A stretch of DNA of 64,000 nucleotides from contig CAVTVY010000001.1 of NCBI GenBank assembly GCA_963738275.1, positions 122,448-186,447 of the forward strand, read 5' to 3'. Positions 9,264 through 20,488 of this stretch are shown here, one piece after another. The position numbers and the translations under genes are program-made. This stretch comes from an uncultured Actinomycetota bacterium. GTDB taxonomy: Bacteria > Actinomycetota > Acidimicrobiia > Acidimicrobiales > Ilumatobacteraceae. Position 1 is the stretch's first letter; each line of letters opens with the position of its first letter. Below the pieces are notes generated by a model. It had not been told where the DNA came from. It worked only from the letters and a program-made list of their open reading frames with translations, and made no database searches.

Positions 9264-10970
9264 CCGTGGGTGATTGGCATGCGCCGGTCTTTGCCGAACG
9301 CTTTCGTTGTCACTCTCACGCCCGGCGGGCATTGGCGACGCTTGTACTCGGCGATGTCGACCAATCGGGTGATACGACGAACCAATGCTTCGTCATAGCC
9401 GAGCTCGACGATCTCCTGGGCGGTGCGGTCGAGTTCGACGTACTGCCGCAAAATCGGGTCGAGCACCTCATACGGCGGCAGCGACTGGTCGTCTCGTTGG
9501 TCTGGGCGCAGTTCCGCCGAAGGTGGCTTGGTGATCACATCGGGCGGAATCACATCGCGCCCCGCAGCTCGATTCACATACCGGCACAAGTCGTACACCT
9601 CGAGTTTGAGCACGTCTTTGATGACGGCATATCCGCCAACAGAGTCGCCGTAGATAGTGAAGTAGCCGACGGCCATCTCACTCTTGTTGCCAGTGGTGAG
9701 CACCATCCAGCCCATCTCGTTCGACAGCGCCATCAGCAACTGGCCACGACAGCGTGACTGAATGTTTTCGTATGTGAGGCCTGGTGTGCGCCCTTCGAAC
9801 GACGGCGCCAGCATGTCGAGGTAGGCCGAGAATGCGGGCTCGATGGAGATCGTACGGAAGTCGATTCCGAGATTGTCTGCCAGCAACTGGGCATCAGACT
9901 TCGAGTGATCGGACGAATACCGAGAAGGCATCGACACGCCGTGGACGTGTTCGGCACCCAGAGCATCGACTGCGACACAGGCCACGATGGTGGAGTCGAT
10001 GCCGCCCGAGAGCCCGATGACGACGTCGGTGAAACCGTTCTTTCGCAGGTAATCACGCGTGCCCAGAACGAGCGCGTCGTACAGCTCCCGATGCCGATCG
10101 AGCGGTGTCGCGATTTCGGGCGCTATTCGCCCAGAATCGCGAACGCGGCGCGCTGGAGACACGGAGGACAGGGAGAGGGGTGTCGGTGCGGTGACCTCGC
10201 GGGTCGAGCAGACGTTTGCGGTACACCGGGCCGATCGGCACGTCGACCACCATGAGGTGTTCGACGAACTGTGGTGCGCGGGCGAGCAGCGTTCCTTCGG
10301 CGTCGACCACGAACGAGCCGCCATCGAACACCAACTCGTCTTGGCCACCCACCTGGTTGACGTAGACGATGGCCGAGTGCGCATCTTGAGCGCGCGTGGC
10401 AACCATTCGTTCGCGACCGGTGTCTTTCTCCCAGTGGTACGGCGAACCATTGATGTTGATGGCCAGTTCCGCTCCGCCGGCAGCTTGGACGGCGAGCGGG
10501 CCGAACGGCGACCAGATGTCTTCACAAATCGAGATGCCCACCTTGACGCCGGCGATCTCGTAGAGCTCGAGTGGATCGTTGTCATGGCCCGGGGTGAAGT
10601 AGCGCTGCTCGTCGAACACGGCGTAGTTCGGCAACAGGCGCTTGCGGTAGGTGCCGACGATGGCACCGTTCGCGCAGACCGCGGCGGCGTTGTAGAGGTC
10701 ACGATCACGATCGACGAACCCAACCACCGCCGCGCACTCACCCGTGTGCTCGGCGAATCGCGCGAGGGCCGCAAGGTTGTCGGTGATGAACCCGGGCTTC
10801 AGCACGAGGTCTTCGGGCGGATACCCGATGATCGACAACTCGCCAAAGGCGACGATGTCGCAACCCGCGACGTTGGCGCGATCGTAGGTGTCGATCAGCG
10901 CCGCAAGGTTGCCTTCCAGGTCGCCCACAGTGGGGTTGAGCTGAGCGAGGCCGACCCGTACAACTGTCAC
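9251..10970 (-). CDS. nadE: Glutamine-dependent NAD+ synthetase; frameshift ~10135
   Basis: Nitrilase domain (AQLNPTVGDLEGN, ICEDIW) plus synthetase domain (GLSGGIDS, TTGNKSE, PSAELRPDQ, AEYKRRQ). Confidence 0.95.
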
Positions 10971-11025
10971 ACGGTCAGGCTAACCGAGGGAGCGTGAGGA
11001 GCCGGTTGGCGACGCCAATAGATAC

Positions 11026-13434
11026 CTAGGCGCTGAATACCCCAATTACGTCGACGACGAGGTCGGTGTCCACCAGCGACCGATAGGTCACTGCGCCACC
11101 CGTGCCGACCTTGCCGAATGTGAGGACCGCTCGAGTCTGTAGGCGTCCGGTGAAGTTCACGGTCGAAGTGCCGTCGTACGCAGTTCCACCTGGGAACACC
11201 GCAACCCAACCTGGCGCGCTGGTGCCCGTGACTGTGACGTTCTGCACCAAGGTGCCGTTGCTCGTGAAGTTCGTCGCCACCGTGCTTTCGCGGTTCGCGG
11301 AGAGCCTTCCGAATCCTTGCGGAATTCGAGTGTCGACGATGCGTGTGGGGGCGACGAACGAAAACGAGCCGCTGGTACTGGGCGCAGTGTTCGGTGAGGT
11401 GAAATATCCGAGCAGGTCGACGACCACATCATCGAGGTTGTATGTCCGAATCTTCACTCGGCCCGATTCGTCGAATGGCACCACGACCATGTTCGCCCGC
11501 ACATCCCCGGGAAGCACGTTCACGTTCGACGTTCCCGCATACTCGCCGCCGCCCGGATACGCGCCCGCGTACCCGCCTGGAGTGTTGGCGGTTCCAATGG
11601 CCGCAATCGACAACACGACTGCGTCGACATCGGCGGTGGGAAGCGCGCCTTCCCGAAAGAACGAACCGACGCTGACGGTGCCATCAGGTGCAATGGTGAA
11701 CTGGTTGACCGCAGACGCTTGGTTGCCGCCGGCAGGCAGCCGTGTGTCGACGAGTCGTGTCGGCTCAACGGCCTGAAAGCGGCCGCCAGATACTGGGCCG
11801 CCGGTTGCGCGAAAGACACCCATCACGTCGACCACCAATCGGGCAGACGTGTTGATTTCCACGAGGAATCGACCCTGATCGTCGAGCGGCACGACGGCAG
11901 TGTTGGCAACGACGGCATCGGCGACGTCAGCGTTGAGCGTCGAGGTGAGGGGCCGCGCCGAACCGGTCGCCCACACTCGAACGAATCCGGGACCGGCAGT
12001 GTTGGCCATGGTGATGTTCACGAGCGCTGCGTCTCCACCAACCGGCAGACCCGCGTCGACCGCGATGGTGGTTCCGGCGACGACCTTGCCGACGAACGTT
12101 CCACCGGTTCCGTCGCCCGTATCGAAGGCGCGATACGGCGGCAACGCTTCGAACGACATGGGTGTGTTGGGAAGCGGTTCGAGGGGTGCCGAGGGTCGAA
12201 TCATTCCCAACGTTCCGGCGACACTGACCGTGTAGAGCACAGCGCGTCCAAGGCCGTCGTAGCCGAACACCATGTCGCTGATTCCCTGCAGCTGAGTTGC
12301 GAAGGGTTGGCCGTAGTTGACGTCTCCGTTTTGCTGACGGGCCCAGATGCGGCCGCTCCCACCGTCGGCGAACAGGTAGACGCCGTCGTATTCGGTGGGC
12401 CACACGCCGTTCGGCACCGCTGCACCTCCGGTGACGTAGGTACCAAGGCCTCGACCGTACGAAGTGACTGGGTCGATCAGGCCGCCCGTCGGGCCTGCGC
12501 ACGGTGGGGTGTTGCCTTGCGGGCATGCGCCCTCGCGAGTTGGCCAGCCATAGTTGCCACCGGCTTGGCCAATGTTCACCTCTTCGAAGGTGCCCTGGCC
12601 GACATCGTTGATGAAGAACTGTCCTGTCTGTTGATCAAACGCGAAGCGATACGGATTGCGGAGTCCGTACGCCCAGATCTCCTGGCAAGTGGTGGTTGGC
12701 GTGGTAGGCGTGTTTCCACGTGACCCACATGCCACGGTGTTCGGGCCAGAAAACGGGTTGCCCGGGGCTGGGGCGCCACTCGTCGTGACCCGCAGCACCT
12801 TCCCGTTCAGCAGCGACAGATCTTGGGCGGCGTTGTTGTTCCCGGCGCTTCCAGAGTCGCCTCGCGGGTCGCGGCCTGCGTCGCCGACCGCGATGTAGAG
12901 ATAGCCGTCAGTTCCGAACTCGAGGTCGCCGCCGTTGTGGTTGCCGTTCACCGATGAGAGGTTGTCGATGACCACCGTCTCGGTGGCCGGGTCGACTGTG
13001 TTGTTGTCCATCAAGGTGAAGCGACTCACCCGATTGACGCAGCCGCCAGGCGCCGACGGAGAAGTGCGTGTGTAATACAGGTAGATGAACCTGTTGCCGA
13101 GAAAGCCGGGGTCTGCCGTCAAACCGAGGAGGCCGCGCTCACCGCCGCTGCACACGTCGAGATCGAGGGCGGTGGTGAAGGTCCATCCTGTGGAGTGGCC
13201 GAGCAGCAGTTGGCCGTCTTGCTGCAGGACGGCGAGCTGACCGCTTGGCAGCCACTCGACTGTGGTGGGGCTGTCGAGTTGCGCCAGATCGCTCGATGTG
13301 AAGCCAGCGGGTACCTGCGCTGCGGCCGACACGATTCCCGTCGGAGCAGACATCGAAGTGAGCGAGACAGCGATGATCGCGGCGACTGCCGCCAGCAATG
13401 GAGTGGCGGCCTTTGGTAGCAGGGTGCGACGCAT
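11026..13434 (-). CDS. Secreted PQQ-dependent sugar (glucose/sorbosone) dehydrogenase with C-terminal repeated beta-sandwich domains
   Basis: Signal peptide; GERGLLG, NHNGGDLEFGTDGYLY, AYGLRNPYRF, NYGWP; three C-terminal repeats with P.R..DT(R). Confidence 0.85.
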   Translation of the reverse strand: MRRTLLPKAATPLLAAVAAIIAVSLTSMSAPTGIVSAAAQVPAGFTSSDLAQLDSPTTVEWLPSGQLAVLQQDGQLLLGHSTGWTFTTALDLDVCSGGERGLLGLTADPGFLGNRFIYLYYTRTSPSAPGGCVNRVSRFTLMDNNTVDPATETVVIDNLSSVNGNHNGGDLEFGTDGYLYIAVGDAGRDPRGDSGSAGNNNAAQDLSLLNGKVLRVTTSGAPAPGNPFSGPNTVACGSRGNTPTTPTTTCQEIWAYGLRNPYRFAFDQQTGQFFINDVGQGTFEEVNIGQAGGNYGWPTREGACPQGNTPPCAGPTGGLIDPVTSYGRGLGTYVTGGAAVPNGVWPTEYDGVYLFADGGSGRIWARQQNGDVNYGQPFATQLQGISDMVFGYDGLGRAVLYTVSVAGTLGMIRPSAPLEPLPNTPMSFEALPPYRAFDTGDGTGGTFVGKVVAGTTIAVDAGLPVGGDAALVNITMANTAGPGFVRVWATGSARPLTSTLNADVADAVVANTAVVPLDDQGRFLVEINTSARLVVDVMGVFRATGGPVSGGRFQAVEPTRLVDTRLPAGGNQASAVNQFTIAPDGTVSVGSFFREGALPTADVDAVVLSIAAIGTANTPGGYAGAYPGGGEYAGTSNVNVLPGDVRANMVVVPFDESGRVKIRTYNLDDVVVDLLGYFTSPNTAPSTSGSFSFVAPTRIVDTRIPQGFGRLSANRESTVATNFTSNGTLVQNVTVTGTSAPGWVAVFPGGTAYDGTSTVNFTGRLQTRAVLTFGKVGTGGAVTYRSLVDTDLVVDVIGVFSA

Positions 13435-13566
13435 CACACGAACGTATCGAATCAATGCGTCGGTCCCAGCGCGCGAACTCCTGCCCCCGCACCAATGGTC
13501 ATACCGACAGCCCGCAAGCGCCTGATACAGATACGTGCTTTTCACCAAATTGGTAGTTCCGGCAGA

Positions 13567-13585
13567 TGACGTTAAGGTTACCTAT
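13567..13585. promoter_or_regulatory. Candidate IdeR/DtxR iron box
   Basis: TGACGTTAAGGTTACCTAT matches 14/19 positions of TWAGGTWAGSCTWACCTWA, ~100 bp upstream of an iron ABC operon. Confidence 0.5.
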
Positions 13586-13681
13586 CACGGTCAGTCATGC
13601 TGGCTAGTGGAAGAGTCGTCGCTCGGGTTCGCACTCGCAGTGATCCCCCGAATACTGATTGAGACCCCCACAGGAGAAATT

Positions 13682-14788
13682 ATGAAATCTCGACGTTGGT
13701 CGACCGTGTCGGCGCTCGCAGTCACTTTGGCCTTGGTCGCCGGTGCCTGCGGCGACGATGCCGATGACGCAGCCGCTGCAACAACAGCGGCAAGCAGCGC
13801 TTCGACCGAGCCCGCTTCCACCGCGCCGGCGTCGGGCGATGACTCGCTCGCCGGAACGACCCTGACGCTGTACAGCGGCCGCAACGAAGAGCTCGTTCAG
13901 GGCGTTGTCGATGCGTTCGAGGCCAAGACCGGCGTCAACGTCGAGGTGCGATACGGCAGTTCGGCCGAGATGGGTGCAGCACTCCTCGAAGAGGGCACGA
14001 GCACGCCCGCCGATGTCTTCTACTCCCAAGAGGTCGGTGCTGTGGGTGTTCTCGCCCGGGCCGGTCTGCTGACGCCGCTTCCCGAAGAGGTCGTCGCTCT
14101 GGCCGACGAGCGCTTCCAGCCGACGGCTGACAATCTGTGGGTCGGCATTACGGGGCGCTCCCGCGTCATCGTCTACAACCCGGATCTCGTGCCCGAGCCG
14201 CCAGCCGGCGTGCTCGAACTGACCGACCCGAAATGGGCAGGGCAGGTCGCCATCGTTCCCAGCAACGCCGGCTTTCAGGCGTTCGTCACCGGTTTCCGAG
14301 TGACACGCGGCGATGATGCGGCCGAACAGTGGTTGACCGACATGATCGCCAACGGAGTTCGCACCGACATCGAAAGCAACGGCGACGTGCTCGCCGCTGT
14401 CAACGATGGCGATCAGCCGATGGGCCTGATCAACCATTACTACTGGGGTGCACTGGCCAAGGAAATCGGCGAAGAGAACATGGTCGCCCAGTTGATCTTC
14501 CCGAAGGGCGACGACCCAGGCGGTTTGTTCAACGCCACGGCTGCTGGCATCACCCAAGGCGGCGCAGACAATCCAGCTGCGCTGGCGTTCGTCGAGTTCC
14601 TCCTGTCCGAAGAAGGTCAGACCTACTTCGTGGAGCAGACGTTTGAGTACCCGGTAGTCGAAGGCATTCCCGGCCCGGTTGGTTATCCCGCCAAAGAAGA
14701 TCTGGAAGGCCCTGCCATCGACTTGACCGATCTCGACTCGCTCGAGGACACTCAGGCGATGCTGACGGAACTCGGCCTGCTCAGCTGA
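13682..14788 (+). CDS. Fe3+ ABC transporter substrate-binding lipoprotein (FutA/FbpA-like)
   Basis: AGGAG RBS; lipobox VAGAC; LYSGRNE, PADVFYSQ, GRSRVIVYN, LINHYYW. Confidence 0.9.
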   Translation: MKSRRWSTVSALAVTLALVAGACGDDADDAAAATTAASSASTEPASTAPASGDDSLAGTTLTLYSGRNEELVQGVVDAFEAKTGVNVEVRYGSSAEMGAALLEEGTSTPADVFYSQEVGAVGVLARAGLLTPLPEEVVALADERFQPTADNLWVGITGRSRVIVYNPDLVPEPPAGVLELTDPKWAGQVAIVPSNAGFQAFVTGFRVTRGDDAAEQWLTDMIANGVRTDIESNGDVLAAVNDGDQPMGLINHYYWGALAKEIGEENMVAQLIFPKGDDPGGLFNATAAGITQGGADNPAALAFVEFLLSEEGQTYFVEQTFEYPVVEGIPGPVGYPAKEDLEGPAIDLTDLDSLEDTQAMLTELGLLS

Positions 14789-14845
14789 CAAACCCCCAAC
14801 CAAGGCGGATGAGGTCACGATCACGAGTCTGAAGCGACGGAGCAG

Positions 14846-16381
14846 ATGATGGGCGTAGCCGCCCGTCCGACACGTCCCCCACTGGTGTTGCTGGTGGGGG
14901 GCGTTGTCGCGTCTGTCGGCGTGCTGGTGCCGATCGTCTACATCGCCGTACGCGCCACTGATCACGGCTGGGGTGCGTTTCGCGACACCCTGTGGCGGGG
15001 CCGCACCGCCGAGCTGCTGTGGCGCTCAGTCGAGCTGGGGATCGTGGTCACGATCGCCAGCGCCGTCATCGGTATCAGCTGCGCCTGGTTGGTGTCGTCG
15101 ACAGACCTGCCGGGGCGACGGTTCTGGCAAGTGGCGCTGGCGTTGCCGCTGGCGTTGCCTTCGTACATCGTGGCGTGGGCGTGGATCGGGTGGCGGCCGG
15201 AACTGGCCGGTTTCCGGGGCGCGGCAATCGTGCTGACGACCATTTCGTATCCGTTCGTCTATCTCCCTGTGCTTGGGGCGTTGCGAAGCGCGGATCCAGG
15301 CTTGGTCGAAGTTGCCCGTAGCAGTGGGCGGCGTCCGCTCAACGTGTTCCTGACCGTGACGCTTCGGCAGGTCCGAATCGCGGCCACAGGCGGTTCCATT
15401 TTGGTGATGCTGTACGTTCTCAGCGAGTTCGGGGCCGTGTCGATCATGCGCTACCAGACGCTGACCCAAGTGATCTACACCTCCTACCGGGCGTCGTTCG
15501 ATCGCACGCCGGCGGCAGTACTTGGATGCGTGTTGGTGGCCGTTGCCATCGTTCCGCTGTGGTTGGCTGTGCGAACCAGCGCGTCAGAGCGGGTGGCACG
15601 AGTGGGCACGGGAGTCACCAGGCGGGCCAGCGTCACGCCGCTCGGTGCCTGGCGGTGGCCGGTGTGCGCGGCGGTCGCGTCGTTGCTCGGCATCAGTCTG
15701 GGTGTGCCGGCGTGGAACTTGGTCCGGTGGATGAACCAGGGGACGTCGACGACTCCATGGTCCGAAGTGTTCGATGCGGCAGCGACCACGTTGTGGATCG
15801 CCGTCATCACCGCCGGGGTCACCGTCTTGATTGCGCTGCCGCTCGGATTGCTGTCGGCACGGTACGCCGGTCGCTTCTCACGCGGGGTGACCACTGTTGC
15901 CTATGCCGGTCACGCGCTTCCAGGCATCGTCGTGGCGCTCTCGTTGGTGTTCTTCGGCATTCGGTACGCCCAGCCGATCTATCAGCGGCTCCCCATGCTC
16001 ATCGCCGCCTACGTCGTGATCTTCCTGTCGCTGGCCATCGGCGCCGTGCATGGAGCGATCGCGCAAGCCCCGCCCGTGCTCGACGAAGTGGCCCGTTCGT
16101 CGGGTCGTTCCATGATCGTCACGTGGTTCACCGTGACGTTGCGACTGGCCGCGCCCGGCATCGGCACTGCTGCGGCCCTGGTGTGCATCGCAACGATGAA
16201 AGAGTTGCCAGCAACGCTGTTGTTACGCCCGATCGGCACGGAAACACTCGCGACCCGCTTGTGGAGCAAGACTGATGCGGTGAGCTACGCCGCCGCCGCC
16301 CCGTACGCGATCGCACTGGTCGTCACAGCGTCGATACCCACGGCACTGCTCACGTACTCCACCTTGAGGCGCAGTCGATGA
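14846..16381 (+). CDS. Fe3+ ABC transporter permease
   Basis: Duplicated permease domain with EAA-like loops (EVARSSG twice); TMKELPATLLLRP. Confidence 0.9.
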   Translation: MMGVAARPTRPPLVLLVGGVVASVGVLVPIVYIAVRATDHGWGAFRDTLWRGRTAELLWRSVELGIVVTIASAVIGISCAWLVSSTDLPGRRFWQVALALPLALPSYIVAWAWIGWRPELAGFRGAAIVLTTISYPFVYLPVLGALRSADPGLVEVARSSGRRPLNVFLTVTLRQVRIAATGGSILVMLYVLSEFGAVSIMRYQTLTQVIYTSYRASFDRTPAAVLGCVLVAVAIVPLWLAVRTSASERVARVGTGVTRRASVTPLGAWRWPVCAAVASLLGISLGVPAWNLVRWMNQGTSTTPWSEVFDAAATTLWIAVITAGVTVLIALPLGLLSARYAGRFSRGVTTVAYAGHALPGIVVALSLVFFGIRYAQPIYQRLPMLIAAYVVIFLSLAIGAVHGAIAQAPPVLDEVARSSGRSMIVTWFTVTLRLAAPGIGTAAALVCIATMKELPATLLLRPIGTETLATRLWSKTDAVSYAAAAPYAIALVVTASIPTALLTYSTLRRSR

Positions 16382-17434
16382 CGCGCATCAAGCTCTCTGG
16401 GGTTACCAAGATCTATGGCGGTCGTCACCCGGTCACGGCGCTCGACGGGGTCGATATCGAAGTCGCCAATCACACCCTGGTGGCGGTGGTCGGTGCGTCG
16501 GGTTGTGGCAAGACAACAATGCTGAGACTGATCGCAGGCTTCGAACGACCGGACGCGGGCACCGTCATGATTGGTGACGACGTGGTGGCGTCGGGCGAGC
16601 GCTATGTGCCGCCAGAGCATCGTCATGTCGGCATCGTGCCCCAGGAAGGCGCCTTGTTTCCCCATCTCGACGTCAGCGCGAACATCAGGTTCGCTCTGCG
16701 TGCGCGGCGGGGAGGGGCCGCTGATCGACGTGTCGATGAACTGCTCGAACTCGTTGGCCTCGTGGGCTACGGCAAACGTCGACCGCATGAACTTTCCGGT
16801 GGGCAACAACAACGTGTTGCGTTGGCTCGCGCCTTGGCGCCGAACCCGGCGATCGTGTTGCTCGACGAGCCGTTCACCGCACTCGACGTCACGCTACGCA
16901 ACCGCCTTCGCCTCGACGTTGCTCGGGTGCTGCACGACGCCGGCGCCACCGCGCTCGATGGTCACCCACGATCCGGCCGAGGCGTTGATGATGGCCGACA
17001 ACGTTGCAGTCATGCGAGCAGGTCGCATCGAGCAGTTCGCCCCAAGCCGGGAGATCTACCTGCGGCCAGCTAGCGAAGCGGTCGCGCGGATCCTCGGTGA
17101 TGTGGTTTCGATGCCCGGCATCGGGCACGGCAACACGGCCACCACCGCCTTCGGTCACATCCACCTCCGCGAGTCGGCACATGGGGCGGTCAACATCCTG
17201 GTGCGTCCCGAACAGTTGGTGTTGAGTTCGCAGGCCTCGACGAAAGCGATTGTCGACGACGTGCAGTACAACGGCCACGACGGTTTGGTCTCACTGGCGA
17301 GCGTGCCGGTCGAGCCTGCAGGAGTAGCCGCGCAGGTCGTTGCCCGTTGGTCAGCCACGGTGCTGCCAGAAGTCGGTGCCATCGTCGGCGTGCGCATCGA
17401 CGGCGACGCGCTTCTGGCCATTCCAGCCGAGTAG
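16378..17434 (+). CDS. Fe3+ ABC transporter ATP-binding protein; frameshift ~16955
   Basis: Walker A GASGCGKT, LSGGQQQRVALAR, LLDEPF; continues VTHDPAEA in another frame; TOBE-like tail. Confidence 0.9.
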
Positions 17435-17488
17435 CGCCGGGTTTCTGTCGGGTTCCGCGCGATCGGTGCTCGGTGAGACAATGGCGTG

Positions 17489-18199
17489 ATGGCTGAAGAG
17501 TTCGAGTATCGGGATCTGAGCGATGCTGAGTTCTGGTGTGTCGATCTGAAGCGGTCGACGTTTCGGGACGTCGACTTCAGTGGGGCGAGGATTTCCTACG
17601 CGCGAATGGTCGATGTCGACATCGACGCAGAGATCGATCGAGTCGTCATCAACGGCGTCGACGTGACGGCGTACGTCAACGAGCGTGACGAGTGGTTTGC
17701 ACTTCGCTCGCAGATTCGCCCGGTGAGCCCGGAGGATGTGCGCAGGGGCTGGCAGGCATTTGTCGCAGCATGGAACAGCACGATCGAGCGAGCGAATAAT
17801 CTGCCCGACGGTCAGGTGCACGCTTCGGTGAACGGCGAGTGGTCGTTCGTTCAAACGCTACGACATCTGGTGTTCGCCATCGACAAGTGGTTCACCGTGC
17901 CGGTGCTCGGCGAAGCGTTTCATCCGCTCGGTCTGCCGAACACCGGATCCGCCAAGGTTCCGTGGCCAGGTGTCGACGTGGACGCCAACCCAACGTTCGA
18001 AGAAGCTGTCGTCGCCTGGCGAGATCGTGCGGATCGGTTACGCGACTACGGCGAACGGGTCGAGCCCGCCGAGTTGAGTGCCGAGGCCGACGTCGCCGAG
18101 AACGGCCCGCACGCCGTCCATGACTGCATCGGCGTCATCTTCGAGGAGCACTTCCAACACCTGCGCTACGCCCAGCGCGACCTCGATCAGCTCAGTTGA
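17489..18199 (+). CDS. DinB family protein with N-terminal pentapeptide repeats
   Basis: DLSDAEF..VDL..STFRDVDFSGA repeats; GEWSFVQTLRHLVFA; EEHFQHLRYAQRDL. Confidence 0.85.
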   Translation: MAEEFEYRDLSDAEFWCVDLKRSTFRDVDFSGARISYARMVDVDIDAEIDRVVINGVDVTAYVNERDEWFALRSQIRPVSPEDVRRGWQAFVAAWNSTIERANNLPDGQVHASVNGEWSFVQTLRHLVFAIDKWFTVPVLGEAFHPLGLPNTGSAKVPWPGVDVDANPTFEEAVVAWRDRADRLRDYGERVEPAELSAEADVAENGPHAVHDCIGVIFEEHFQHLRYAQRDLDQLS

Positions 18200-18496
18200 C
18201 GGTGAGCCAGGGATTCAGCTGACACCACTGCGCGCAACTTGTCAGCCCTCGGGAGCTGCGTGCGACGGAGACTGCATCGTCGAACGTCATCGCTGCGAGT
18301 TCGACGGCCAGCGGACCGTTATGACCAGTCGTTGCGATCGCGAACTGATCGTTGTTGTCGTGGGATCACTACTCGGAGTGTGGAAACCGAATTTCAGCCC
18401 AGGGTTTTGATGACATACGCGGGCGATCCATCTCATATAGGGATGGGTAGTTAGGGGAGTTCATGAATACATATAGCCTGCGTGTTGGTGGTCTCA

Positions 18497-18512
18497 TCAA
18501 ACATATGTACGA
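18497..18512. promoter_or_regulatory. LexA SOS box
   Basis: TCAAACATATGTACGA vs actinobacterial consensus TCGAAC-N4-GTTCGA (2 mismatches), 7 bp before the ATG at 18520. Confidence 0.65.
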
Positions 18513-18519
18513 TCACCAT

Positions 18520-19873
18520 ATGAGTTCAATCGGCACTCAACGAGAGACCCGAATGGCGGAAATCGCCGGGCAACTCAACGTGCTGAACGCCGAACTCGTC
18601 ACCATCGTTGCCGGTGCTATCGCGGATCACTCATGGTCTGGGTATGGCATTCATTCACCCGCCCAATGGCTCACCATCGAACTCGGCGTCTCACCCGCAC
18701 ACGCCAAACACCTCGTCGAAACCGCCACCCACGCGGCCGCGTTCCCCACGATCATGGGCGAGTTCACCGCCGGTCGACTGTCCCTCGACCAAACCCACGT
18801 CGTGCTCACCAAAGCCCCCGCCTGGGCCGACCCCAAACTCGTCAACACCGCCACCTCAGCAACCGTGCCCCAACTCCGTCGAATGATCCGCAAGGAATAC
18901 TTCGAAGGCCCCGACACACCAGACGAGACCGCCACCGGCCCAGCTGATCGCAACCGAGCCGACGACGCCGACGAGCAATCGATGCGTCAGAATCAACGAC
19001 CAGCGCACCGACTGCTGCTCCGGTTGCGCCGGATCGGGTGTCGTTCGGTTGGAACGGATCACGGTTCACCGGCACCTTCGACCTCGCCGCCGACACCGGC
19101 GCGATCCTCGAAGCCGCACTCAACGAAGCCCGCGACGCGTTGTTCCATGACGGTGTCACCGACGTCACCTGGGCCGACGCCCTCACCGAAATCGCCTTGC
19201 GATCACTCGACCATGCTCCGGTCACTCGCCGCACCCAGTTCAAAACCATGCTCCACATCCCCATCGATGACGAGCGCGGTGCGACGCACGGTTCAGCAAC
19301 GGGGTGCCGTTACCCACCGCGATCCGCGATTACCTCACGTGTGACACCAACTGCCAACCCGTGTGGGAAACCAACAACACCCCAGTCGGGGTCGGTCGCA
19401 CACAACGCACCATCCCCACCCGGCTCCGCAACCTCATCGGTTACCGCGATCAAGGCTGCCAAATCCCCGGATGCACCGCCACCCACGCCCAAATCCACCA
19501 CATCATCCACTGGGCCGACGGCGGCGAAACAGAAACCCTCGAATCTCATCTCGCTTATGCGCCCGCCACCACCGAGCACACCACCTCGGCCTCATCGGCA
19601 TCGAAGGCAACGCCAGACCAACCCGACACCATGGTCTTCACCGATCAACACGGCACACCCATCAATAGCTCGCCCCGGCCGATCGTCACACCACCGACCC
19701 CGGCATCACCCCCACCGAAATACGAGCATCCGTCAGGTGAACGACTCAACCTCACCTACTTCGCCGGCTGGAACCACCCCTCCGTCCAACACCGCCACCA
19801 CACCACCTGGCACCAACACCAACAACGAATAGCTGCAGCAGAACCAGCAGACGAAGACCACCACGCCGCCTGA
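18520..19873 (+). CDS. DUF222 / HNH endonuclease (13E12-repeat-like) protein; several frameshifts
   Basis: WSGYGIHSPAQWL, GRLSLDQ, ADALTEIA, RDQGCQIPGC...IHHIIHWADGGET (HNH), spread across three frames. Confidence 0.85.
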
Positions 19874-19916
19874 CCGCTTCGGCGGGCCGTCCGAACCCGA
19901 AGCGAAAGACCAACGA

Positions 19917-20279
19917 CTACTCCGGTAGGCGAACGATGCAGAACTCGTTGCCCTCAGGATCGGCCATCACGAACCACGTCGTGCCGCCCATCTTCACTGG
20001 CGTATCCGAGAGCTGTCGGGCCCCGAGCCCTTCGAGACGACGTGCCTCGGCATCGAGATCGGTGACGTGGATGTCGAGGTGCATGCGGTTCTTCACCGAA
20101 GACTTCGGCTCGTCGACCTGTTGCAGCACGACCCATGGATGATCGCCTGGCTCCGGCGGAACCAAAGGCCAGAACTGACCGAAGGTCCCGGAACATGAGT
20201 AGCCGAGTGCCTCGGCCCAGAACGTTGACAGCGCCTCGGCGTCGCAGCAGTCGAGTGTGAACGTAAGACGGGATACCAC
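19917..20279 (-). CDS. VOC / glyoxalase-like domain protein
   Basis: DAEALSTFWAEALGY, KNRMHLDI, MADPEGNEFC. Confidence 0.88.
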   Translation of the reverse strand: MVSRLTFTLDCCDAEALSTFWAEALGYSCSGTFGQFWPLVPPEPGDHPWVVLQQVDEPKSSVKNRMHLDIHVTDLDAEARRLEGLGARQLSDTPVKMGGTTWFVMADPEGNEFCIVRLPE

Positions 20280-20395
20280 GATCCAACCTCCCTCGACCCA
20301 TCGAATCACAAACCCACAAGAGCGTCAAACAGCTGCAAGCCGACGATGTCGGTCGACTTGCAGACATCGAGATGTCTTGATTTGAAGACACCTCT

Positions 20396-20473
20396 TGGTC
20401 GGGGTGAGAAGATTTGAACTTCCGGCCTCCACGTCCCGAACGTGGCGCGCTAACCAAGCTGCGCTACACCCCG
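20396..20473 (-). tRNA. tRNA-Pro (anticodon CGG), CCA encoded
   Basis: Minus strand CGGGGTGTAGCGCAGCTTGGTTAGCGCG-CCACG-TTCGGGA-CGTGG-AGGCCGGAAGTTCAAATCTTCTCACCCCGACCA forms a cloverleaf. Confidence 0.97.
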
Positions 20474-20488
20474 TAGCGGGAAACGACT

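Noticed and set aside
20369-20395. tRNA-Sec fragment (CTTCAAA on the minus strand)
   Set aside because: It is only a short hairpin after tRNA-Pro, with no cloverleaf.
17489-20473. Integrated prophage or ICE at tRNA-Pro
   Set aside because: No integrase, no att duplication and no phage or conjugation genes were seen.
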